A model generated the notes under the pieces. It did no database searches, was not told the DNA's origin, and was given only the letters and a program-made list of their open reading frames with translations. Positions 50,701 to 62,349 of a DNA stretch of 64,000 bases are shown here, in pieces. Source of the DNA: Podarcis filfolensis (Eukaryota); assembly GCA_964270895.1 (NCBI GenBank), contig OZ185436.1; one strand, given 5' to 3'. A program made the translations under genes and the position numbers. Each line of letters opens with the position of its first letter. Position 1 is the stretch's first letter.

Positions 50701-53700
50701 ACCAAGTTCGGAAAGGAACGAGACAGAAACTTTTTTGGATGATGCACTGGGGGCAAGCCTGTAATTTAGGGCTACCTTTTAACAAGGCCCCTTTAAACCT
50801 CAGCACTATCCTGAATGGCAGTACTTGTAAATATATCTCTGCTGCTCCCTCGACAGAAAATATACCAAACTCTCAAGTATCCATTTAACACCCAAGGGTC
50901 CTACCTGTCTTTAAGGAATTTTTATAAAGTGGATGGTGACCCCAGGCTATTTGACTACTTTGTAGTAAGACATCAATGGCATTAGGAGAGATATTCCTTT
51001 GATCATGGCACTACATTTTAAAAATCCTGAATATTTCACCCATGCCTGTACATTTACACTAAATAAGAAATATGCTACAAAACCACAAATGAACTCCACT
51101 GTAGTCTATGTTCCCTTATTAAAGTGGAATCCTTTGATATTTCAGCAATAAAAAAATGCCTTGATTTGCAGAGATACTTCACTGGATAAAGTTCCTTCCA
51201 GCGTGTGCTTTTCAAAGGAACCGCACAAAATCATTACAAAGTAGAAAACCAAAATACGTAATAATTATTGTGATCAATTAGTAAACCCAAGGAACAGTGG
51301 GCATTTTGCAGATGTTAATTCTACCCCCCCCAACCTTCTACTCCAGCAACATAAAAAAATGGAAGAGAATGTAAAAAAACAAAACAAAAACCTATTCTAC
51401 TGAAGCATTACCAAATTAATCACAGTTACCAGCCATTTCATGTTTGTTTTCTGTTAGGGAGATAGTTTTCTCTTCTAAAATGACTAAACCTTTTTAAAAA
51501 AGCCTTGGAAGAGAAACAAAGCTACTTGCTAAGCACTCAAAGAACATGAGGGTGTGAACATCTGTGGGGAAGGATGACGGAGATCCACAGCTAAATCATT
51601 AGTTATATTAAGATATGAAGCAGACACCCTAAGAATGGCATAAAATGTAAATGAACTTTGGAGTATAGCCGCTTAATTTGGCAGCTGTTTGACAACTGCA
51701 AAATAGAAAATTGACCTCGGACAACTGTATAAATGAAACTATTAAGCCAAAGAATTTCCCATGGAATGATACAATATACAGTACAGTAACTCTTCACATG
51801 GGAATAGATAAACGGCAGGCTGGAATTTTTATTGTCTTTGAAGATGCCAGTGTTAAACAGACTTAAATTTCACAAAGAGCAGCTATGTGTTATATTGTCA
51901 CAATGTTTTAAGAAATGGAACTCAGAGGTACCAAATAATTGTAAAGAAGCATTAGTACCTTGTAGGAATTTTTTGAGTAAATTCTGGTAAGATTAGAACT
52001 TGGTCAGGTAAATTCATACTGAGACATTTAAATCCTGTCATTTCTATAGTTCTGAAATCAGCCCTGGGTACTCAAAGGAATCAAGAGATTGGTTTAGGTG
52101 TGCCTTGAAAGAGTTTCCCCAAATTTAATTATACACTTCTTTTGTATGTTCTATCAAGTTAGTAGCTGTCACTGGTCAACAACACAACACTGAAAGTGGC
52201 TTACTTAGCATGGACTAACTTGGGATACAATGACTCTCACTTTTCCTGTGAAGGCTAACTACATTGAAACATAAAGACCAATAAGAAGCCAGACTTAGTT
52301 CACATAGAAAAATAAGCCTTGCACATGTGATTACTTCATTAATTGCTCTCCATTTTAAAGGTTATGTGGATTGCACCCCATTTTCCTCCAAAAAGGTCAT
52401 TCCATGTTTCTAGTGTACCTCCCCCCACCAATTCTGTGAGCAGAAAGTGTACACTTCCCCCCTATGAAAGCTAGGAGCTAAATGGCACCTTAAACCTAGG
52501 TTATGGGCACAACAACAGAATGTCTAGGCACACTTTTTAATAACAAGAATACAAAGCTGAAAATGAACCACAGCTAAAATATTATGTTCATTTTTCACAT
52601 GGTCTAGTCCTTCCCCTGTCCACCCCCCGAATATTCTTAAGCAGGTCTCTGCTCCAGTCTTCAGAGAGTAGCTAGAAATGGGGAGGTCCTCCTTTCATTC
52701 CATTCTGCAGTTTTAATCTGAAATCTTAGTCGCAGTACTGCGCCCAGAGCTCAGAAACTGCTCATGCTAATGAAATTCCCTGTCACAAATTGCGCCAAGA
52801 ACAATGGGAGTTTAAACACTGCCCTTAAGACACATTTTGTGTGTGTAGAAAAGAACATGTGGGAAATGGCCACAAGCTTTTCTATCTCTCTTGCATAAAC
52901 ACCAGGTTATCCAGCAGAAGCAGTGATGACTCCAACCAAGTCTGCAATCCAAGGCACACTTATTTAGGAGCTTACTTCTAAGTAAACATGCAGAACACTG
53001 TACTCTTACTAATGAGGTTAAGAGTAAAGGCCAAGCCAAGTTTGTGTTCTTATATAAAATCAAGACAACTGAACATGCTTTAGGAAACGTTTTACCCTTC
53101 AGACAGATGCCACTAGAGCAGATGTGACTAGTCTTAACCATAAAGAAACTTGTAACTTGCTTATGATGAGAAAACCTGTAATGTCAAAGAGTAGACAGCC
53201 AGGATTAAGCAGGCTGTCCTCTACCAAGTACATTTAAACTGTCTAAGACTTTAGAGAACTCTTGAAGGAAACATCCAGAGAATCATGCTATTTTAACTGC
53301 CTAGTTAAAAAGGGCAGATGTTTAGCTGATGTATAATGTTTTTCTCCCAGTTTTTAATGCAGTCTGGTTGGGCAAAACCATTTCTCAAATATTTTTGTAA
53401 AAAGAAGCACTTCCAAATGGACTGTTTTGTCTCCTGTGCTATTTAATAAACATAGGACTTACTTTCTGAAGCTGCTAATGTACCTTGTAAAAGCTCATTC
53501 CAAAAAAGTTCCCACCTATTTTTTAAAAAAATAAAATAAAATAAAGGATTACGTGAAATGAAGCCCCTTCACTTAACTGAAAAAGCCTCTGCATGAAATG
53601 GGTTGTCATGAGTCTACTGGTAACATTACATACAGCTTGGCTGTAATAAGAAACGAGATGATGTAGAGAAGATAAACAGAAGAGAGATGTTTTGCCTGTG

Positions 53701-54123
53701 GTACTTCAAAAATGTATAGCACTTGTCTTGGCCCTACAGGCATTAATTACCACCTACTCTTTCCTTCTGATGATGCCCAAGCATCCAAGTTGCAGATATC
53801 TTGCTGCTTTTGTATTAGAATACATACACACAATAGCTTTGTGACAGAGCCAGTGCTGTACCATTGATGGTCTTAATTCCTATCAAGAATTAATAGACTG
53901 AAAACCAACAGTACAGAAACATTTGGTGTTGTCAACTTCCGTAACTTCAGAGCACAAGCATATCCAAAGGGCAACAGCAGCGATAACTGAACAGGAGTGT
54001 CATGCTATTCCCTCAGATATTTCATTTATTAAGTGAGAAACCGACTGTTTTACAGTAATATTTTTCTATATTACTGTAAATATTACTATATGTGTTTTTT
54101 CCTACATGATATTATTGGTAGGT

Positions 54124-55211
54124 GTCTGTGTCTGTGTCTGTGGTCGACTGTGTCGACCACAGCAAACTATGGCAAGTTCTTAAAGAAATGGGAGTGCCTG
54201 ATCACCTCATCTGTCTCCTAAGAAATCTCTATGTGGGACAAGAAGCTACAGTTAGAACTGAATATGGAACAACTGATTGGTTCAAAATTGGGAAAGGAGT
54301 ACGACAAGGCTGTATATTGTCTCCCTGCTTATTTAACTTATATGCAGAATTCATCATGCGAAAGGCTAGGCTGGATGAATCCGAAGCCGGAATTAAGATA
54401 GCTGGAAGAAATATCAATAACCTCAGATATGCAGATGACACAACCTTGATGGCAGAAAGTGAGGAGGAATTAAAGAACCTTTTATTGAGGGTGAAAGAGG
54501 AGAGCGCAAAATATGGTCTGAAGCTCAACATCAAAAAAACGAAGATCATGGCCACTGGTCCCATCACCTCCTGGCAAATAGAAGGGGAAGAAATGGAGGC
54601 AGTAAGAGATTTTACTTTCTTGGGCTCCATGATCACTGCAGATGGTGACAACAGTCATGAAATTAAAAGACGCCTGCTCCTTGGGAGAAAGGCGATGGCA
54701 AACCTAGACAACATCTTAAAAAGCAGAGACATCACCTTGCCAACAAAGGTCCGTATAGTAAAAGCTATGGTTTTCCCAGTAGTGATGTATGGAAGTGAGA
54801 GCTGGACCATAAAGAAGGCTGATCGCCGAAGAATTGATGCTTTTGAATTATGGTGCTGGAGGAGACTCTTGAGAGTCCCATGGACTGCAAGAAGATCAAA
54901 CATATCCATTCTTAAGGAAATCAGCCCTGAGTGCTCACTGGAAGGACAGATCGTGAAGCTGAGGCTCCAATACTTTGGCCACCTCATGAGAAGAGAAGAC
55001 TCCCTGGAAAAGACCCTGATGTTGGGAAAGATGGAGGGCACAAGAAGAAGGGGACGACAGAGGATGAGATGGTTGGATGGTGTTCTTGAAGCTACCAGCA
55101 TGAGTTTGATTAAACTGCGGGAGGCAGTGGAGGACAGAAGTGCCTGGCGTGCTCTGGTCCATGGGGTCACGAAGAGTCGGACACGACTAAACGACTAAAC
55201 AACAAACAACA
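54124..55211 (+). mobile_element. BovB (RTE clade) LINE, 5'-truncated, with 13-bp target-site duplication
   Basis: BovB-type ORF. 3' end cacgaagagtcggacacgactaaacgactaaac followed by a (CAA)-like tail. TSD ATTATTGGTAGGT at 54111-54123 and 55212-55224. Confidence 0.97.
54146..55198 (+). pseudogene. C-terminal half of BovB ORF (reverse transcriptase domain plus C-terminus), no start, not autonomous
   Basis: Frame open throughout: DCVDHSKLW, GVRQGCILSPCLFNLY, NLRYADD, FTFLGS, YGSESW, RLQYFGH, ending RTRLND*. The first 8 codons of the tracked 358-aa ORF are junction sequence. Confidence 0.93.
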
Positions 55212-56199
55212 ATTATTGGTAGGTAGGGGGGGCATCTTATTAGTGTATATTTTACTTTTCCTGGAATTGTGAAATAGTCATTCCTGAAAATGGATGAGAA
55301 ATTTTGCTTTTAATATCATTAAAACCATAAAAATAATAATTAATTCACATCTTGGGTTATTCTTGAGAAAATAGATGCAAGTTATTCCCGGGCTCCAAAC
55401 ATTATATTTAAGGCCCCAAACACATAGACATTCCAATTCTGATGCTATTTAAAGTAACTTTTGGTAGATAAGCAGCTTTCCACTAATATTTTCATCACTT
55501 AATATTTCGTTGCCATGCAAGAAGCATTCTTAATCTGAAACAGTTCAGGCAGCTATCCTACAAGCTAGAGAACAAAACCTAATCATTCTTGTATTTTAAG
55601 AGATAAGTATATTTGGGAATGTAGTGCCACTGCAGATTACACAGGCAGATTAATTTTATTAACTATTAAGTTTTCTCTTTGTCTGATGCTATCTCTACAT
55701 TCCATCACTGCAACCCTTTAATAAGTCTTTGTTCTTCCAGCCATCGGTGCTTCCGGGGGTAAATCTGGCACTGCATCTAAAGGGAGCACCACAACTAAAG
55801 TTTTCCTGAAGATCAATCATAAAGGTAAATTGTTTCCCCTCTCCCAACTTTCCATTTTTTAAAAAATAAAAAAGTTAAGTAAATTGACAACATGCTAGTT
55901 TCTCACAGCCTTAACCACATCTGGACAGAGTATAACTTAACCTTGGTCGTAAACCTAATTTAGAATATACTCCACCAAAAAACCACACAGATGAAGCAAG
56001 TGTGTGTGTGCATGTTTTATTTTAAGACTGGCTTGCAACAAATATCTAGTTCACAAACTACCTTGTGCTGCTTTTCTCATCACTTTACAAGAATCATGAG
56101 CTTATGAGAGAGAAATAAACATGAGAGGCAGCAGCTTACAAATTGCAGCAACAGCAAAGTCAAAGAGTGTCAGTGATGACTGAAGTTGCTAGAGCTAAG

Positions 56200-56420
56200 A
56201 TCTACAACCCACACTCATATACACTGCAAGACAACACTCTGTGGTGGCACCTCATTTGTGGAACTCTCCCCCAAAGGTGATACCGTTGCCTTCCTCTTCA
56301 AAGACCTTTTGGCATCACCTGAAGATGCATCTTTCCCTACCAGGTATTTGGGTGTGGAGATTAGTGATCTCTATTTTTATGCCTGCTGTTGAACTGCTAT
56401 ATGGTTCTATATATATGTTG
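56200..56420 (+). mobile_element. Degraded L2 3' end
   Basis: VVAPHLWNSPP remnant (L2 ...APRLWNSLP motif) followed by a T-rich tail. Confidence 0.65.
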
Positions 56421-57277
56421 TTGGTTTTTCACCATGTTATTGTGTGTGGTGTGGGTTAGAATTTTGTTGGGGTTTGTATGCTGTATGCTGTCCTGGGACT
56501 CTATGGAATGAAAGACTGGCTAAAAGTGAAATAAGCAATCTCATATAAGTGAGTAGAAAGTACAGTCAAAAGGTTTACTCATGTGAACCTGCTCTGCTCA
56601 AACACCTTAGAAGAAAGTTTACCATCAAATCTGTTGGTGTCTAATTAGCATATTTCAATTATTATACCAAAACTGTTTTGTCTATGTATTGATCTTGGGT
56701 ACTTGTGAATCCAGACCCTCAAGAATAAAGTTACTGTAATTGAACAAATGGTACAGGAATGAGGATAACATACAAAATGTGGCCTAAGGGGTAGGAAGCA
56801 TAACCTGACACTGGACTCCAGCTCCTTATTAAAAATGTGCTCCAGACTCTATGCTGGTTGGTGTGAGATTTTAACCAAGTCTGGAACTATTAACTTATGA
56901 GACAGCCATTATCCAAAGTGAAAGTTCTAGAGACAAACAGTCAATGAAACATCTACTGGCAGTATTGTTAATGAAAGAGTTCCCACTAGATTAGAAGGAG
57001 GTGAGAAGGTAAATAAAAAATCAATTACTAGCAAAATAAAAAATGATGTAGTCATGTAACATCTACATTAAACTGCTGAGTGGGATTATCCAGAATGTGT
57101 ATGTAGCTTGGGGTTCTTTCTGGATCCTTTGCTGTCGCTTGAGGCTCTGGTGGCCTCATGCTGCAGAGTGCCTTCCATCAGCTTCTGCTGGTGGCCCTTC
57201 TGTACCCCACCTGGACAGGGGTAGCCTAGCCTCTGTTGTCTATGCACTGTAAACCTCTAGGTTAGATTAATGCAACA

Positions 57278-57680
57278 CATTATATGTAGGGCTGTCTCTG
57301 AAGACAGTTCTGGGCCCAATTCAAAGTGCTGGTTTTGACCTGTAAAGCTTTAAATGACTCAGGACTGCAATACCTCAAGGACACCATCTCCCCATATGAA
57401 CTGACACAGACCCTGTGATCATCATCAGAGGCCCTTCTTTGTGTGCCTCCTCGATGAGAGATCTTGGAAGGTGGCTCCCTGTTAATGGAATGCTCTCCCC
57501 AGGGAGTCTTGCCTGGTGCCTTCATTATATATATTTAGGTGCCGGCAAAAACATTGCTCTTCAACCAGCCGTTTGGCTGATTAACATTCCATGGCATTTA
57601 AAATATGCTTGTGGGAGGGGGATTATTGATTTGTTTTTGTTTTATTATGTATTTTGTCTCCTTATTTTGTACTTTTCTGT
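57278..57680 (+). mobile_element. L2 LINE 3' fragment with internal deletions
   Basis: gggcccaattcaaagtgctggttttgacctgtaaagc, tacctcaaggac and ggaatgctctccccagg are characteristic of lizard L2 3' ends. Confidence 0.85.
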
Positions 57681-59230
57681 TATGTCCCATCTTCACGTGT
57701 CTCAGACAATCCTTAATTTAAAGAGGGGAATCTTCTATTAATTATTGTACAAAAGAAAAGGGGAAGTTGTTCCCATATTAGCTGCATTCTGATCTTCTTC
57801 TGATTGATGTTTATTATGATGGGAGAATTTTGCTTTACATTGTTTCTTACAAAACCAAAATTTTGTTAGAAGTTTTGTAATGCAAACACGAAATCACCTG
57901 TATACGCACATGCGCACGCACAATGGGCTTTCTAAGTTAATGCAGGAGGCTGCTCTCAGCTACAGTATTTTAAGAGGGTCTCTGCAGTGAGTTATCAGAG
58001 CCTGTTTTTAAAAATTATATAGGAATGCATCTCCCTTTGTGCACATAGACGCTATCAAGCAATGTTAAAACAGCAGTGTGGGTATAAATAGCAGAAAAAT
58101 ATGATGCAGTCCCACTTTACATCTCTGTTGCATACAGTGCTTTGTTATGAAGCAGGTAAGTCAGGCTTTTGTTACCCTGACTCATACCAGAAATGTTTGC
58201 CAGCACACACTCAAAACTCTCATCAGCCATGCCGTCTCGAAAGTATACCTGGGATTCACAGGATTACAAGAAGCAGCATGAATGTTGCTCCACATTGACA
58301 TGCTTCATATTTATAAATAAGCATGACTAAATGAAACAATTTGTGAAAAGGAAAATAACTTGTTACTTTCTCCAGCTTGTTTCTACAGCTATTTTTTTCA
58401 CCCTTGCCAGGACATTTAATTCAAAATATAATGCATGCACACCACACAAATGCTTGCAAAGGTTTCCCTCCTCCCTTGGTTATGCTTATTATCTGAGACA
58501 CTCTCCTAACAACGGCACCCACTAATTTATAACATTCTTCCCAAGATCCTTTATCAAGTTTCAGCCACAGGTCAAATAATTTATGCTTTAGAAAGATGAT
58601 CTCTGCATTTAAAATTTATTGTACTTGTGGAGGTTGGGTCTCTAAGTGCTCATCATTTTCGCAGCTCATGAAATAATACCATCACTGGTCAAACCATTCG
58701 TCTTCAGTATTGAGGATTTCTTGATGCTCACCGATTTAGCGGAGTTACAATTATGAATCATCGGACTAGCCATAACTTATGATCCTCACAGTAACCACTA
58801 ATGAAGGTTGCCAAGCAGTTAAAATATCAAAGCAGCATATATCAGAACATTTTTGAGCACGGAGATAGACTTCCAGTGTTGCACTTCTCCTATATTTATT
58901 ATATACTGTAAATTACATCATTGGCTGCCTCCTACACTGACAGCCTTGCACTCCAGAGCTTAAACACCAGGTTTTAATAACCACCACTTGGCAATCTTTT
59001 GATCATCAGAGGAAGATGAAAGGAAGCGCTGCCTGCTGCAGGCCGTCTGCTCAGTCAAAACAAAAGGAAACTTCAGAGAAAGACAGACAGAGATGCATCA
59101 GGTGTTAATCTCAAATGAACTATACAGAAGTCAAGCGTATTGGCTCTCCATTCTCTATTAATTTCAAAAAATTCCAGGCAGCTACAAGTTGTCTCACCAT
59201 GCCATACACAGGAGAAAAAGCACTTCCTCC

Positions 59231-59257
59231 GTGTGTGTGTGTGTGTGTGTGTGTGTG
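59231..59257. repeat. (GT)n microsatellite
   Basis: About 13 units. Confidence 0.97.
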
Positions 59258-60498
59258 ACAGCACATTGCTCAGAATCTCACAGAAGAGTTTCTCTAAATT
59301 AAATGAATCCAGTATTCAGATGTTTGTGGTTGTTCAAACCTTGTCTTAAAGCCTTTTTTCCCCCTTCCAAAGGAAGTAAAGGCAGTGAAGAACACGCTCC
59401 TTCTACGTTCTGTTGAAGACAGAAGGCAGTGAGCTGACCTGCTCCCTCCTAATTAATACAATGTGGTTAGCTGTGTGGACTGTGCATTCCAACACTCCAG
59501 CCGGTATGGACTGATAAGGCTTGTGACCAACAGGAAGCCCCATCAGTTTTCACTGGTTTCTTGCTTTGCTGGCACCCCTCCCGCAGGAAACCAAAACCAC
59601 ACCATGCGCCCACATAACTCAGATCGCTTTCTCTCTGGTCTGGCAGATGGCCAGAGGCAAAACCAAGAACAAGCACCACTAACTGAATAGCCTCCCTTTG
59701 TCTTTCTAAGCTTCAACTAGATGAAGTTCAGGAAGACTCAACATGTCAAAATATTAAAATCCTGGTATTCATTCCTAACCTGGTCATCTGCAGTTGAGAA
59801 TAAACTGAACAGATAAACAGAACAGATCCATTTCATGATTAATGGACTTCAGTCCAATGACTTCAATGGGCCTGCTCCAAGTCTGCACTTGTATCTTGCC
59901 CAGTGTAAACATAGGAAAAATCTTACATAGCATTTTCACATGTATCCAGGCATAAGAATCGCTGTCCTTCAACTGAAGCTAACCTAACAGACGGCAAAAA
60001 ACAAAATTAAACTATAGAATGAAACAAATGTCAAGAGCTCAACACCACAGTAGCCAAGAACACCACCGCCACACTTTCCTGTAGGAAAGAGATGCATGGA
60101 GCTTACCAGTTTGACTAAGGAAGTGCTCCAGAGCAGGGAATTGGAACGAGCGCCACTTTGGCCCTGTATGGTGTCTCAGCAAACCATCTCCAGCTGTCCT
60201 GCCAAAGTTGGAACTAAGATGGCTGCACAACCTCCAGGATGAACCCTGCACACCTCTGCAGCATCACGATTAGAGTATAAATGGGGCCCATCATGCTCAC
60301 TAGAGGGAAATGGCACAGTTGTCATGGTGATCAAAATGTGGAAGCCTACATCTAGGGTTACATCTAGATCAAAACCAACACTCTGTGATAAATGAAATGG
60401 AATCTGAGGTATTGTTTCAAAACTGGAAAATATCCATTTCTGCCTAATAAATATGTTTCTGTGTTTTGCACTAATTGTAGTTTCCAAATGGTCCTCAA

Positions 60499-60971
60499 CA
60501 GGGCTTTTTTAAAAAAAAATAGAAAATGAGGTTCCAGAGCTCTCCTTTTTTTTAGGGGGAGCACCCACCCAAAGTTGTTGAGCTTTCTTTAGGGGGAGCA
60601 CCCGCTTCACCCAAAGCCGCAGGGGAAATTTTAAAGTCGGGGAAGATAGGATATGAAATTAGGATATGAAATGATACATGTTTTTTGTTTTGTTTTTGTT
60701 TTTGTATGTTTATGTTTGTTGTATTGTGTTTATATGGAAAAATAAAAATATTTAAAAAAAAAAAATTTAAAACTTTTGCCACCAACCTACACCGCCATTG
60801 CATCACTGAAATTGCCCTGCCACCCACCACCCCTGTTGCGCAGCCCTGAGCGCTGTGCAGGGGGGTGGGACCACCACACTACAGAGCTGCCGGAACACAA
60901 CGAAGAGGTGCTAGAACTCAGATCCAGTGGGATCCAGTGGGTTCCAGTGGGGACCAGCTGAAAACCAACTG
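60499..60971 (+). mobile_element. hAT-type non-autonomous element related to 37229-37340
   Basis: Begins CAGGGCTTTTTT and ends GCTGAAAACCAACTG. Perfect 8-bp TSD GTCCTCAA at 60491-60498 and 60972-60979. Subterminal 10-bp repeats (GATCCAGTGG-like) at 60921-60960. Confidence 0.85.
60604..60765 (+). mobile_element. Retroposed 3' end (L1-like) nested inside the hAT element
   Basis: T-rich 3'UTR-like tract, AATAAA at 60741-60746, poly(A) at 60754-60765. No clear TSD; 5' boundary approximate. Confidence 0.55.
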
Positions 60972-61026
60972 GTCCTCAAAGGGAAGCCCAGGTACAATGC
61001 ATTTTAGTGCTGCCAGTGCATGGAGA

Positions 61027-61053
61027 GCTAGGCTAGGCCAGGCTAGGCTAGGC
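61027..61053. repeat. (GCTAG)n pentanucleotide repeat
   Basis: gctaggctaggccaggctaggctaggc. Confidence 0.9.
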
Positions 61054-61940
61054 ACAACCACCCATCTTCTGGCTTTTCTTTATTAATTTTAAGAAATGTT
61101 TATAAGAACAAAATTTAGCAAGCATTTTATATCAAATGCCAGAAGTACAGCTATTGCAGATGTGCAATACAAGTATCTGAGGCAAACATTCCCCTTCCTG
61201 CCCCCCACAAATCAGAAGGGGTTAGTATATCATCACTTTTGATTTGTTCTCTTTCCCTGTGTGTTGTTTTCTTTAATTTCCACTGTAAGTTTTAGAAGTT
61301 CAATACAAGATATGCAATTCCATCTGCTTCTTTCTCAAGGTACTATCACTCAAACCTAACCATAGCAGTTTATCTTTCAGCTACTAAATTCAAACCATTT
61401 TAAACATCCTGCTTTCATCTTTACAATCTTCTCCCACTTTGAACCATTCCACGGTCTCAGAAGAATGCACTTGACTTCTAAGAGGAACATGCAATCTTTC
61501 AATATTTCAATGTTGTACGTTTTGTTGTAAACAACACTACACGTTTTATCTGCATGGCAGTGCCATAAATCAATCTCTGAACTCCAAAAAAAGATATTCT
61601 TTCTACATAAAGATCTGACACTACAAAAGCTTGATTTTCAGTTTTCATAAGGAGATCAGAAAACAGGTTTACAACCCTAAAAGGGGTATTGAACTAAAGT
61701 AAAAGCAGGTTAGGTAAAGCGACTGAGACTGAGGAAAACATAATTTGCCTCCAGGATCACATCACAGGGTGGGATTTCCATTCCCCCCCCCTACTTGTTT
61801 AATAAAACAGAAATGGGCAATTAATCATTGGGATTTCTTTCCTATTCTACCCCCCACCCCCACCCCCTGGACTTGAGGGTGGTGCATTATATTACACATA
61901 TACAAATCTTGTAGCTCAACAAGCCTTTTGTTCAAGACTT

Positions 61941-62094
61941 TGGTGGAGCTCAGCTTGTTAGAGTGTGGTGCCGATAATGCCAAGGTTGCAGGTTCGATCC
62001 CTGTATGGGACAACTGCATATTCCTGCATGGCAGGGGGCTGGACTAGATGATGCTCAGTGTCTCTTCCAACTCTACAATTCTACGATTCTATGA
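61941..62094 (+). mobile_element. tRNA-Ile-derived SINE with CR1-type tail
   Basis: Head agctcagcttgttagagtgtggtgccgataatgccaaggttgcaggttcgatccc (A and B boxes, tRNA-Ile-like). Tail ...ttccaactctacaattctacgattctatga. Confidence 0.85.
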
Positions 62095-62349
62095 CTTTGT
62101 ATTTGTCACTTGTTCAGTGATGTTGCCTCCACCTGCCTTGTTGCAAGAAGGACCTCCTGCAACTATACTGCATCACCATAGTTGCAAATTCTGATATTAT
62201 GTCATGTGTAGTTTGGCTCTTTTGTGATGCCGACATCACACGAAAGTAATCTGTCACTCAGCCTCAGTAACAACCAGTGACCTACTCCACAGGTATACTT
62301 TGAGGGAAAGCACAAAAACTATAAAGGCTCACATACACTAAGTAGAATA

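Larger units (their letters stand above)
60335..61010 (-). mobile_element. L2 fragment interrupted by the hAT element (60335-60498 and 60972-~61010)
   Basis: Minus-strand LRTIWKLQLVQN...PVLKQ motif stops at the hAT TSD. L2-like sequence (gtcctcaaagggaagcccaggtacaatgca) resumes after it. Confidence 0.72.

Noticed and set aside
53160-53330. C-box-like ATGATGA as a possible intronic snoRNA
   Set aside because: On the strand opposite to COX10, with no suitably spaced D box or terminal stem.
54229-55170. Minus-strand ORFs of 140, 171 and 75 aa
   Set aside because: Antisense shadows of the BovB coding frame.
60921-60960. Short regularly spaced repeats as a CRISPR-like array
   Set aside because: Contiguous 10-bp subterminal transposon repeats without spacers, in vertebrate DNA.
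61941-62020. tRNA-Ile-like sequence as a tRNA gene
   Set aside because: Acceptor stem is broken and it continues into a CR1-type tail, so it is a SINE head.
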